Assembly: GCA_010093705.1 (NCBI GenBank)
Contig: MU006105.1
Span: forward strand, 62,001-113,339
Origin: Patellaria atrata CBS 101060
Lineage: Eukaryota
Direction of reading: 5' to 3'
Length of the DNA: 51,339 bases
The notes below the pieces were generated by a model, which saw nothing but the letters and a program-made list of their open reading frames with translations, ran no database searches and was not told where the DNA came from. Of the stretch, positions 1-13,548 are shown piece after piece. The position numbers were made by a program, and so were the translations under genes. Numbering within the stretch: position 1 is the stretch's first letter; every line of letters begins with the position of its first letter.

Positions 1-1966
1 AGTCGGTTTATCACGCTTTTAACTCTCTCTATAAACCTTATTAGCTTTATCTAACCTTTCTAACTCTTATACTTATATTATAACTTTATTATAGTACTTC
101 TAGAAGCTAATTTTATTATTATCTACGGCTTCTACTATTATTAGCCTTAAACTATCGTAGAGTCTATTATAGAGTTTCTCTTTCTATTAGTCGCGTGATA
201 ACCTAGCTTTATTAGCTAGCCGGATAAATATAAACTAGAACTTCGGAAAGTCCGCTAAATAATTTTATCTTAACTTCTTTAGTTTATCTTTAACTTTTAG
301 TCGTCTATTTAAGTCTTTATAAATTTAATTTAGGAATCTTATTAGCCTTATTAAGATTATATCGCCCTCCTCTAATTTTAAGAAAGAGTATATATATTTA
401 GCTATCTCGCTACTAATCTATATCTTAATATAGGTAATCTTTACCCTTTTATCTTAGAACTAGTCGCTATTAATATAAAGCTTATTATTTATCTTACTCT
501 TCTATTTTTTATAGATTAGCTTCTTACTATCGGTTAATTCTAATAAATCGGGGAACTTCTTTATCTTATCGTCGCCTTTACTTTTAAAGCTTCCGGTTAA
601 GTCAACTATTTTAACTCGGTCGTTATAATTATATAGTGCTAATAGTTCTTCGTTATTAAATTTATCGTCGAACCGGATACTCTTTTAATTTAGTTTAAAC
701 TATTTAGTCTATCTCTTTAAGTTATCGATCTCGTCTTAAAGGCGTTTTATAGCTTTAGCTATAAGTTAGGCGTTATCTTATTAATAAGGTTTATTATCTT
801 TCCGAGTTATATCTCTCGAGCTATAAGCTTCGCTCTCGTATAAAGATACTTTATTACGAATTAGTCTAGGTTTTTAGCTATCTATTCCTTCGCTCTATCG
901 ATTATATCGGCGTTTTAATCGTCTATAATAGCGGTATATTTAAAAGGCTTCTCTTTTTCTATTATTTCGAGGATTCCTTTTAGTAGATTCTATAAATCCG
1001 CTTCTAGAATATCGTCGGTAATTTACTAGTTAACCACTTTTAACGTTAATCTATATTAGTATATTTTTCCTTTTCCTTTTAATCCGGTGCTATTCTCTAC
1101 TTCTAGATCTATAGTTAGCTTATTACTATAATAACGTGTTATAATACTAATCCCGTATTTTCTATACTAAGTGTTTAGTTTATTTATAAAAGATCTTTAC
1201 CGGGTCGGACGCGGAAAAGATCTCTAAGCGCTGATTAGTTAAACGGAAGATAGTCGGGCCGAGGCTTAATAAGGCGGGACTATTATATACGGATATTCGG
1301 CCCACGATATTATTATTCCTTAACTTAATCTCTACACTTAGTAGTTAGTAATAGAGATAATTAAAATATAATTACTATAGCTATACTATATTATTATAAT
1401 TATCTATCTATTTTATTAAGATTATTAAAGGTTTAACTATTTTATTTAATTTACTATAATATTTACTTCTTTAAGTAATTTATATTCGTTAGTTCTAATC
1501 TCTTTTAAGTACTAGATTATCGTTATTATTAGCGTTAATACTTTTAGACACTAAATATCTTATTACTAGTAGAGCTTAGCTACTTATAGATCCCTAATTA
1601 GTTCGATAATTATTCGTTAGCTAGACTAATATTATACTCTAGTTAAAATATTATATCGCCTTTCTAGAGACTATTAAAGGTGAACTTAATCTAGTATAAT
1701 AATATAATATAGCTATAGTAATTATATTTTAACTATCTTTATTATTAACTACTAAGTATAGAGATTAAGTTAAGAAATAATAATATTATAGGCCGAATAT
1801 TTATATATAATAGTCCCGTCTTATTAAGCCTTAGCTTAACTATCTTCTATTTAATTAATTAGCGCTTAGAGATCTTTTCTACGTCCGATTCGGTAAAGAT
1901 CTCTTATAAATAAACTAAACACTTAATATAGAAAATACGGGATTAGTATTATAACACGTCGTTATA
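1..1966 (-). mobile_element. Ty3/Gypsy family A copy 1 (5' LTR 1695-1966 plus gag region; continues left of the window)
   Basis: Reverse complement matches the family A copy at 4362-6070. The 272-bp LTR at 1695-1966 abuts a partial LTR of copy 2, consistent with insertion into it. Confidence 0.88.
1127..1398 (+). mobile_element. Family A solo LTR inserted in gag of copy 1
   Basis: 272-bp LTR flanked by ATTAC (1122-1126) and ATTAT (1399-1403), a 5-bp TSD with one C>T. The flanks rejoin into the uninterrupted sequence seen near 4915-4945. Confidence 0.9.
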
Positions 1967-3543
1967 TTTATTACTAATTATTAAGTATAGAGATTAAATT
2001 AAAGAATAATAATATTATAAATCGAATATTTATATATAATAATTCTATTTTATTAAGTCTCGGCTTAATTATCTTCTATTTAATTAATTAATATTTAAAG
2101 ATCTTTTTTATATCTAATTTAATAAAAATCTCTTATAAATAAACTAAATATTTAATATAGAAAATACGAAATTAATATTATAATATATTATTATATTATC
2201 CCCTCTTTAATAGTAGAAATCGGCCCTAATTTCTATAATAATATTAGTAATATTTTATAATATAATTTATTATCTATTTATAACGTCTTAAAATTTATAT
2301 AAACCTTTTCTTTTTAACTATATTATTATTATTATATAGTTTTACTTTTATCTTAAATTTAAAGGCTTAAAGCTATTCTTTAAGTTAGATTAATAATTTA
2401 ATATTAATTAATCTTTAATCGTGGAATTCTTTAAATTTATATAATATTTTAATAAAGTTATAAACCGGATATTATATTTTATTAAAGTTATATCTAATTT
2501 AATTTACTTTATATTATAATTTATTATAAAAGATATAATTTACTAAAATCTTATCTACTTTATATTTAGACTTATCGTTTATTTCGATTAACGATAATAG
2601 TTTTAACTATTATTTAGATAATAGGTTTATCGATACTTTATAAAGTCTATTTATATAGAATATATTTAATATCTTTATATTAATAAGTAAATTAATTATA
2701 TAAAAATATCTTTTTATTTCTATTATTTTATATAAACTTATATTTTAATAGTCTAATTTAATACTCGGCCTATCTAATATCTAGTCTTTATATAAAATAA
2801 AGATATAATCTTTTAATCTAAAATCTAATTCTCTTTAATATTTATTAGTTAACTTTATCTATATTATTTATATCTTTTCTAGATTATTCCTCGCCTATTT
2901 AATAATATTATAAGTATATTTCGCGAATAATTAAACTTTCTTTTTATTTATCTTTTCTTAAACTATTTTATATATATTAAAATCTATTCACTCTTATTAA
3001 TCGAAATATATTTATAGTTAATAACTAAATTTTAATTTATAAAAGAAAATATTTATTAATTTATAGATTAATATAATCTAGATAAAATTTATTATAAATA
3101 ATAATTTTAATTAATTACTTTAATAATAATTTATAAAAAATTAAAGCTATAAATTTATATATTAATTAATAATCTTTATATCTTTATTTATTTATAAATA
3201 GTAAATTATAAATAACTTTTATTTTATTTTTATTAATTTATAAAACTTATTTATAAATATAGAAATAAATTATAAATTATAATCTAATATTATTATCTTT
3301 AATATATTATATATCCGTTATATATATTTATAGTATAGCTTTATAATTACCTTAATCGAGATATCTTTAATATAAAAAAGTGAGATTACTTTTTTTTTAG
3401 TTAATTTACTACTATAAATATTATTTTAAATTTATATATATTCTTAAAAAATAATTTAAAGTTAAAGATAATATATTACTAATATTTATCTTTAATTAAT
3501 AGTGATTTTAATAAATTAAGGATTTTATCTCTTAATATATATA
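1967..3543 (-). mobile_element. Family A copy 2, 3' fragment (partial 3' LTR 1967-2195, PPT, integrase/chromodomain region)
   Basis: Reverse complement of ~9480-11050. Polypyrimidine TTATCCCCTCTTT directly after the LTR is a PPT on the minus strand. Confidence 0.85.
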
Positions 3544-6500
3544 ATTAATAATATTAAATATATAGAAATATATATATATATATAATATTAAAATATTTAA
3601 TAAAGAATTAAGATTAAAGAATTAAAGTATAAATATTTAATAAATTAAATCTTATATATTAAATTATAAAATAATAATAATAATTTAAATAAAAGTTTTA
3701 AAATTAAAAATTAATTAAACTTAAATTTAATATTAATATAATTATTAAAAAATAATAATTAAATTTTATATTAAAAGTAAAAGATTATTTAATCTTTCGA
3801 TAAATATAATATAAAAAGAATAATTATTTATATTATAAATAATAGAAAATTATAATAAAATTTAAAAATTAAGATTTTATATATAAATATTTATTTAAAA
3901 GTAAATATTAAATAAAAGAATATAAAATCTATAAAAATAAAACGAGAATATTTAAAAAAAATTAAAAACTTAAATTATTAATAAATAATTATAAAAAGTA
4001 TAATAGTTTTAATTATATAGATAAATTTAAATATAAATAATACTATTAAATATTAATCTATATAAGATATATAATAATAATAATATAAAAAAAACTATAA
4101 ATATAATATAGATTATTAATATTATAAAAGTTTAAAGAAAAAGTTTTATAAAAAAAAATATTTTTATAAAAGATAAAAATATTTTAAAATAATAAAGAAA
4201 TATTTAAATATATTATTAAATATAATATATAAAATTTTAAATAATATATAATAAAAAATATATAGTATAATTATTATATAATATAAAAATAAAAAATAGA
4301 AATTAAAAATAATTTTAATTATAATATAATTATTAAATAAAATTATTAAGAGTTTAAATATTATAATAATATATTATAATATTAATTCTATATTTTCTAT
4401 ATTAAATATTTAGTTTATTTATAAAAGATCTTTATTAAATTAGACGCGGAAAAGTTCTTTAAACGTTAATTAATTAAATAAAAAATAATTAGGCTAAGAT
4501 TTAATAAAATAGAACTATTATATATAAATATTTAATTTATAATATTATTATTTCTTAATTTAATCTTTATATTTAGTAGTTAATAATAGAGATAATTAAA
4601 ATATAATTATTATAATTATATTATATTATTATACTAGATTAAGTTTATCTTTAACAGCCTTTAAAAAGGCGATATAATATTTTAACTAGAGCACGATATT
4701 AGTTTAGCTAATAAACGATTATCGAACTAATTAAAAATTTATAAGTAATTAAACTTTATTAATAATAAGATATTTAATATTTAAAAATATTAATATTAAT
4801 AATAATAATAATTTAATACTTAAAAGAGATTAGAATTAATAAATATAAATTACTTAAAGAAGTAAATATTATAGTAAACTAAATAAAATAGTTAAATCTT
4901 TAATAATTTTAGTAAAGTAAACGGATAATAAATTAACTATAAATTTAGAAGTAGAGAATAATATTAAATTAAAAAAAAAAGGAAAAATATATTAATATAA
5001 ATTAATATTAAAAGTAATTAACTAGTAGATTACTAATAATATTTTAGAAATAGATTTATAAAATCTACTAAAAGAAATTCTTAAAATAATAGAAAAAGAG
5101 AAACCTTTTAAATATATCGCTATTATAGATAATTAAAACGCTAATATAATCGATAAAGCGAAAAAATAAGTAACTAAAAATCTAAACTAATTTATAATAA
5201 AGTATCTTTATATAAAAGTAAAGTTTATAACTTAAAAGATATAATTTAAAAAGATAATAAATCTTATTAATAAAATAATACTTAATTTATAGTTAAAACT
5301 ATAAATATACTAAATAAATAAAGAAGCTATAAAATATCTTTAGAATAAAATTAATAACTTAAAAAGATAGATTAAATAGTCTAAACTAAACTAAAGAAGT
5401 ATCCGATTTAATAATAAATTTAATAATAAAGAATTATTAGTATTATATAATTATAATAATTAAGTTAGAATAGTTAACTTAATTAAAAGCTTTAGAAGTA
5501 AAGGCGATAATAAGATAAAGAAATTCTCTAATTTATTAAAATTAATCGATAGTAAGAAGTTAATCTATAAAAAGTAAAAAAGTAAGATAAATAATAAACT
5601 CTATATTAATAATAATTAATTCTAAAATAAAAGAGTAAAAACTACCTATATTAAGATATAAATTAGTGGTAAAATAGTTAAATATATATATCTTTTCTTA
5701 AAATTAGAGAAGGACGATATAATCTTAATAAAGCTAATAAAATTTCTAGATTAAATTTATAAAGATTTAAATAAACGACTAAAAGTTAAAGATAAATTAA
5801 AAAAGTTAAAATAAAACTATTTAATAGATTTTCTAAAGTTCTAGTCTATATTTATCTAATTAACTAATAAAGCTAGATTATTATATAATTAATAGAAAGA
5901 AGAACTTTATAATAGACTTTATAATAATTTAAAACTAATAATAATAAAAGTTATAAATAACGATAAAATTAGCTTCTAGAAGTACTATAATAAAGCTATA
6001 ATATAAATATAAAAGTTAAAAAGATTAGGTAAAGCTAATAAGGTCTATAAAAAGAGTTAAAAATATAGTAAATTAACTAGAATAACTTCCACCTTAATAA
6101 TAATAAATAGAACTTTATATTAATTAAAGAGTAAAGAAACTATCTTATTTATAATACTATAAGTAATAGAGTAAACTATAATTATTTAGAAGTTTACGGA
6201 TAACTACTTTAACTATAATAAGGCTAGATATAAAGCGTTAGAATACTAGAAACTAAAGAAAATAATTAAAGTAAAGTTAGTCTAGAAAGATAAATATTAA
6301 AGCTTAAAATTTAATTTAGAATTAAATTCGAAAAACGAGAAATTTTAAATAAAGACTCTATATTAGAGCTAATAATAGAAGTATTAATAATATTAATTAA
6401 TAATTTAGTATTAAAAAAGCTATTCACGATATTATATTAAATCTCGAAGAATAGAATTATAATATAGCTTAAAGCCTTAATTAATATTAAAGTTTAAAAG

Positions 6501-9500
6501 TATACTTTACTAAATAAAAGATAGCTACTCGCTCTAAAATAACGCCTTAAAATCGAAGTTAAAAAGATAAATTAGAAGATTAAAGTTAATATCTTTAATA
6601 ATTTAAAGATAATACTAATTAATTAAATACTCGAGATAAACCTCGTAATTAGAGGATAAAAGTGGTTAATATTAATTATAATAATAAATATAGACTATAA
6701 TAATATATTTATAAATAAGAAGTAGTTCTTTAAAACTAATAATCTATTTAATTATAGGTATTATCGGATTATTTAGCTAAAATAGATTATTATAATTAAA
6801 GACTAATAATAAGATATTATAATTTCGAAGAGCGAGCTATAAATCTAAATTAACCTATAATATTAATTTAATATAAAACGATAAGATAAAGCTATCAATA
6901 AATAAGAACGTAATTAATAGAAAATATTAGTTAATTAAAAAAGGAAACTATAACTATTTTAATAAAAGTAACTAAGTTTATAGATTAAAAATATTAGCTT
7001 TAATTTTCGAAAAATAAAATTAAAACTATCGAATTTAATAAAAAGAGAGACGTTAGAACTCTTTAAAAAGTTAAAGCTAAAGTTAAGTAAACGGGTTAAT
7101 ATTATTAGAATTTATATAAATATCTACTTAGTTAACGGAGAAAACTATTTAAGAAATATAAAGTATAAAGATATTATTATAAATATTATAAATTTATATA
7201 AGATTAACTTCTTAATATAAAATTAACTCTTAAAAGATAAAAACCCTTTAAATAAAGATAAAGATATTTATAAAGCGATAATCTATAAAAAGTTATTTAA
7301 AGAATACTATTATTTAGCTTATATATTCTTAAAATCTATATCTAATAAGCTACTACCGCTTAAAGAAAATATAGACTATAATATAGTATTAGATTAAGAT
7401 AGTATTCTTACTATTAACCTCTTATATAATATATTTATCGAATATTTATAGCTAGTAAAAGACTATCTAAAAGAGTATCTTTAAAAGAGATTTATTATTT
7501 CGAGCGAGGTATTATACATATCTCTAGTATTATTCGCTAAAAAGTTAAGAGGAGATTAGAGATTCTATATTAACTATAAAAAGCTAAATAGTATTACTAA
7601 AAAGAATAAGTATTTATTATCTTTAATCGAAGAAATATTAACGCGTCTTTAATAAATAAAGATATTTATAAAACTTAATATAAAATAAGTATTTTACTAA
7701 ATTTAGATAAAAAAAGTTAGCTAAAGATTTTACTATCTTTTAAATAAGATATAGATCGTTTAAATATAAGATATTACTCTTTAAATTATATAATAGTTTA
7801 GCCTTATTTTAATAGTTTATTAATAAGACGCTTTTCTAATATCTAAATAACTTTTATATAATATATATTAATAATATACTAATTTACTTTAAATATCTAT
7901 TAAAGTATTAAATCTATATTACGAAAATATTAAAAGTATTAGTTAAGGCTAACCTATAAGCTAATATTAAGAAAAGCGAGTTTTATATAATAAAGATAAA
8001 GTTTCTTAACTTTATTATTAATATTAATAAAATAGCGATAAATTTAGAAAAGATTAAAATAATCTAAAACTAAAAGTTATTAATAAATATAAAGAGAATC
8101 TTATTATTTAATAGATTTTATAACTTCTATTAGAAGTTTCTAGAGAAATTCGAACGAGTTATATAACTATTAATAATATAAATACGAAAAAGGGTTTAGA
8201 AACTATTTAGATAAAAAGAAAAAAAGGTATTTAAGAAAGTAAAAAAGTTAATTCTATTAAATTAAATATTAATATATTATAACTCTTTACTTAAGACGAA
8301 AATTAAGTTTAACTATAATAATAAAGTTATTATAATAGTTATATTATAGCTTTATAGATATATTTAAAGGCTAGTTACTTTCTAGACTAAGATATTATTA
8401 AAAATAAAACTAAAATATAAAATTTATAATAAAGAAATACTAATTATAATAAAAGTATTAACTAAATAGAAAAATATACTAGTAAAACTATAATAAGTTT
8501 CCTTTATTATAATTATTAACTATAAAGTACTAGAATATTTCACTATAAAATAATTATTTAATATTAAATAAATTTAATAAAGTGAAGCTCTTTTTAATTT
8601 CTATTTTTAAATTATATATTAGCCTAAAGTCTAAAATATTATAGTAAATATATTTTTCTATAAATAAGAAGATCTAAAGATAGTGAAAAATAAAGATATT
8701 ATAGTATAAATTTAAGTATTAATTAATTTAAATATAATAATAGTATCTTTTTAGCTTTTAATAAAATAATAACTACTATTTAAGAAGATATTTTAGAATA
8801 ATAAGAAATATATAATCTTTAAAAAGAGAGTAATAGAAAAGTACGCTTTAAAGTTAAGGTTTAAGACTTAGGTGACGGTAGTTAAAGTGATAATAACTAA
8901 ATTTTTATAGAAAATAAAGGGAGCTAAAACTTAAAACTAAAAGTCTATAATAATTAAAACCTTAAAAGAAAGAAATAATATATTAAAGAAATATATTAAT
9001 CTTAACTTTAGACTAAGACTTATATCTATCCACTTTATAATTCCCACTATAATTAAAAAAGAAAAGGAAGTTAAATATAAAGTAGAAAAAAGAGAAAATA
9101 TATTTATAAATTTAAAATAATATATTTAAAATAAACTTAATCGAAAATAAGAGCCGCTAATAATATATTTACTAATAAATTAAATATTAGAAGTGAATTA
9201 AAAATATAACTTTCTATTAATATACTAAAAATAAATTAAAGCTAAAGAAAGATATTAAAAATTATAGAATAATTTATTTATTAAATTTAGTAGATTTATA
9301 ATCCTAGATATAGATAATCTTAGAATATATTTAATATAAGATATATATAATACACTAATTATAGAATATCTAGAAATTAAGAAGATAAAAAAACTAATTT
9401 AAATATAATATTACTAACTTAGATTAGTAACTAATATAGATAAATATATCTAGAACTATTATATCTATTATCGGATATATATATTAAGAGATAAAATCCT

Positions 9501-11657
9501 TAGTTTACTAAAATCACTACTAATTAAAGATAAATATTAGTAATATATTATCTTCGACTTTAAATCGTTTCTTAAGAATACGCACGGATTTAAAATAACG
9601 TTTATAGTAGTAAATCGACTAGGAAAAAGAGCGATTTCACTCCTCTATATTAAAGATATCTCGGTTAAAGTAGCTATAAAACTATACTATAAATATATAT
9701 AATAGATATACGATATATTAAAGATAATAATATTAGACTATAATCTATAATTTATTTCTATATTTATAAATAAGCTTTATAAATTAACGAAAATAAAATA
9801 GAAGCTATCTATAACTTATCACGTATAGATAAATAGAGATATAAAGATTATTAACTAGTATATAAATCTATAACTTTAGCTCTTTATAAATTATTATTAA
9901 AGTAATTAATTAAAGTTATTATTTATAATAAACTTTATTTAAACTATATTAATCTATAAATTAATAGGTATTTTCCCTTATAAATTAAAATTTAGTTATT
10001 AACCACGAATATATTTCGACTAGTAAAAGCGGATAAATCTCGATATATATAAAATAGTTTAAGAAAAGATAAATAGAGAGAAAGCTTAATTATTCGCGAA
10101 ATATACCCACGACGTCGTTAAATAGACGAGGAATAATCTAGAAAAGATATAAATAATATAGATAAAATTAACTAATAAGTATTAAAGAGAATTAGATTTT
10201 AGATTAAAAGATTATATCTTTATTTTATATAAAAGCTAAATATTAGATAGGCTAAGTATTAAACTAGACTATTAGAATATAGATTTATATAAAATAATAA
10301 AAATAAAGAAGTATTTTTATATAATCAACTTACCTATTAATATAAAGATATTAAATATATTCTATATAAATAAGCTTTATAAAGTACCGATAAACTTATT
10401 ACTTAGATAATAATTAAAATCACTACCGCTAATCGAAATAGACGGTGAGCTTAAATATAAAATAGATAAAATCTTAGTAAGCTATATCTTTTATAATAAA
10501 TTATAATATAAAGTAAATTAGATTAAATATAATCTTAATAAGATATAATATCTAGCTTATAATTTTATCGAAGTACTATATAAGCTCGAAGAATTTTATA
10601 ATTAAAGACTAACTAATACTAAATTATTAGTCTAACTTAAAGAATAGCTCTAAGCCTTTAAATCTAATATAGAAGTAAAACTATATAATAATAATAATAT
10701 AGCCGAAAAGAAGAGGTTTATATAAATTTTAAGACGTTATAAATAGATAATAGATTATATTATAGAATATTACTAATATTATTATAGAAATTAGAGCCGA
10801 TTTCTACTATTAAAGAGAAAGTAATATAATAATATATTATAATACTAATTCCGTATTTTCTATATTAAGTATTTAGTTTATTTATAAAAGATTTTTATTA
10901 AGTTAAACGTGGAAAAAATCTCTAAGTGTTAATTAGTTAAATAGAAGATAGTTAAGCTAAGGCTTAATAAGATAAGACTATTATATATAGATATTTAGTC
11001 TATAATATTATTATTTCTTAATTTAATCTCTATACTTAGTAGTTAGTAATAGAGATAGTTAAAATACGATTATTATAGCTATATTATATTATTATAAATA
11101 TAAAGAATATTATAAAGACCTATATTATAATAAATATAATAGATTATATTAGATTAAATATATAAAACTTAATTATTTAATATATAATTATATAAAAAAT
11201 TACTAAATTATTTAAAATAAAAATAATCGAAAAATATAACTTTTAAATTTTTTAAAATCTTATAAAATAATAATAAAACGTTTTAAATAAATATTATTAT
11301 ATATAATAAAAGAATAATAATATTAATCGATAATAATAATAATAATTTATTTATTTTATTTTAATAAATAAAAGAGAAAAATATATTTTATATAAAATTT
11401 AAGAATTTAATCTTATTATAATTAAAAAATTATAAAAAAATAAAATATAAATAAAATTTAATTAACTTTAAAATTATATTAATAAAAGTTAATATATAAA
11501 AGAAGATAATTATTTAATATATTTTTATAATTAATTTAGAAAATATAGATATAATTTTAAAGATAAATTAATTATAAATAATAAATTTAAATATTAATTA
11601 AAAGATAAGAAATATCTAAATTAATTAAATATTTTATAAAAAAATAAAGTTAAATAA
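3544..11657 (+). mobile_element. Family B internal fragment (gag C-terminus to protease) at 3544-4361 and 11097-11657, split by family A copy 3
   Basis: Aligns, almost entirely by C>T/G>A changes, to the reverse complement of ~40780-39400 of the better-preserved family B copy. The sequence is continuous across the insertion with TSD AATAT. Confidence 0.82.
4362..11096 (+). mobile_element. Full-length RIP-inactivated Ty3/Gypsy chromovirus, family A copy 3 (6.7 kb)
   Basis: 272-bp LTRs at 4362-4633 and 10825-11096, TSD AATAT, and a PPT before the 3' LTR. De-RIP reading gives the RT motif AYIDDILIY (~7860-7890) and chromodomain YEVDKILAS...YKVSWIGYDPDETWYP (~10455-10555). Confidence 0.93.
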
Positions 11658-13548
11658 TATAATAATATAATATAACTATAGTAATTATATTTTAACTATC
11701 TTTATTACTAACTATTAAGTATAAAGATTAAATTAAGAAATAATAATATTATAGGCTAAATATTTATATATAATAGTTCTATCTTATTAAGTCTTAACTC
11801 GACTATCTTCCGTTTAATTAATTAGCGTTTAGAGATCTTTTCTATATTTAATCTAATAAAGATTTCTTATAAATAAATTAAACACTTAATATAGAAAATA
11901 TAGAATTAGTATCGTAATATATTATTATATTACCCTCTCTTTAATAATAGAAATCGACCCTAATTTCTATAGTAATATTAATAGCGTTTTATAACGCGAT
12001 TTATTATCTATTTACGACGTTTTAAAATCTATATAAGCTCTTTCTTTTTAGCTATATTATTATTATTATATAGCTTTATTTCTATCTTAGATTTAAAGGT
12101 TTAAAGCTATTCTTTAAGTTAGACTAATAGTCTAATATCGATTAATCTTTAATCGTGGAATTCTTCGAGCTTATATAATACTCCGATAAAGTTATAAGCT
12201 AAATATTATATCTCGTTAAAGTCGTATCTAATTTAACTTACTTTATACTATAACTTACCGCGAAAGATATAGCTTACTAAGATCTTATCTACTTTATATT
12301 TAGACTTACTATCTATTTTAATTAGCGGTAGTAGTTCTAACTATTATCTAGATAATAGATTTATCGATACTTTACGAAGCTTATCTATATAAAATATATT
12401 TAATATCTTTATATTAATGAATAAATTAATTATATAAGAGTGCCTCTTTATTTTTATTATTTTATATAGACCTATATTTTAATAGTTTAGTTTAATACTC
12501 GACTTATCTAATATTTAACCTTTATATAAGATAAAGACGTAATCTTCTAATCTAAAGTTTAGTTCTTTCTAATACTTATTAATTAACTTTACTTATATTA
12601 TTTATACCTTTTCTAAATTATTCCTCGCCTATTTAATAGTATTATAGATATATTTCGTGAATAGTTAAGCTTTCTTTTTATTTATTTTTTCTTAGATTAT
12701 CTTATATATATTAAGATCTATCTACTTTTATTAATTAAAATATATTTATAGTTAGTAACTAAATTCTAACTTATAAAGAAAAATATCTATCGATTTATAA
12801 ATTAATATAGCCTAAGTAAAGTCTATTATAAATAATAGTTTTAATTAATTACTTTAATAATAGTTTATAAAGAGTTAAAGTTATAGATTTATATATTAAT
12901 TAATAATCTCTATATCTTTATTTATCTATAAGTAGTAAATTATAAATAGCTTCTATTTTATTTTTATTAGTTTATAAAGCTTATTTATAAATATAAAAAT
13001 AAATTATAAATTATAGTCTAATATCGTTATCTTTAATATATTATATATCTATTATATATATTTATAGTATAGCTTTACGATTATCTTAGCCGAAATATCT
13101 TTAATATAAAAAAGTAAAATTACTCTCTTTTTTAGTTAATTTATTATTATAAATATTATTTTAAATCTATATATATCCTTAAAGAACGATTTAAAGTCGA
13201 AGATAATATATTACTAATATTTATCTTCGATTAATAATAATTTTAGTAAATTAGGGATTTTATCTCTTAATATATATATCTAACGATAAATATAATAGTT
13301 CTAGATATATCTATCTATATTAACTATTAATTTAAGCTAGTAATATTATATTTAAATTAGTTCTTTTATCTTCTTAATTTCTAGATATTCTATAATTAGT
13401 GCGTTATATATATTTTATATTAAATATATTTTAAGGTTATTTATATCTAAGATTATAAGTCTATTAAATTTAATAAGTAAACTATTCTATAATTTTTAAT
13501 ATCTCTTTTTAGCTTTAACTTATTTTTAATATATTAATAAAGAGTTAT
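11658..13548 (-). mobile_element. Family A copy 4, 3' fragment (3' LTR 11658-11929, PPT, integrase)
   Basis: Complete 272-bp LTR followed by TTACCCTCTCTTT and the reverse complement of ~9205-10824. Homology ends abruptly near 13548. Confidence 0.88.
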
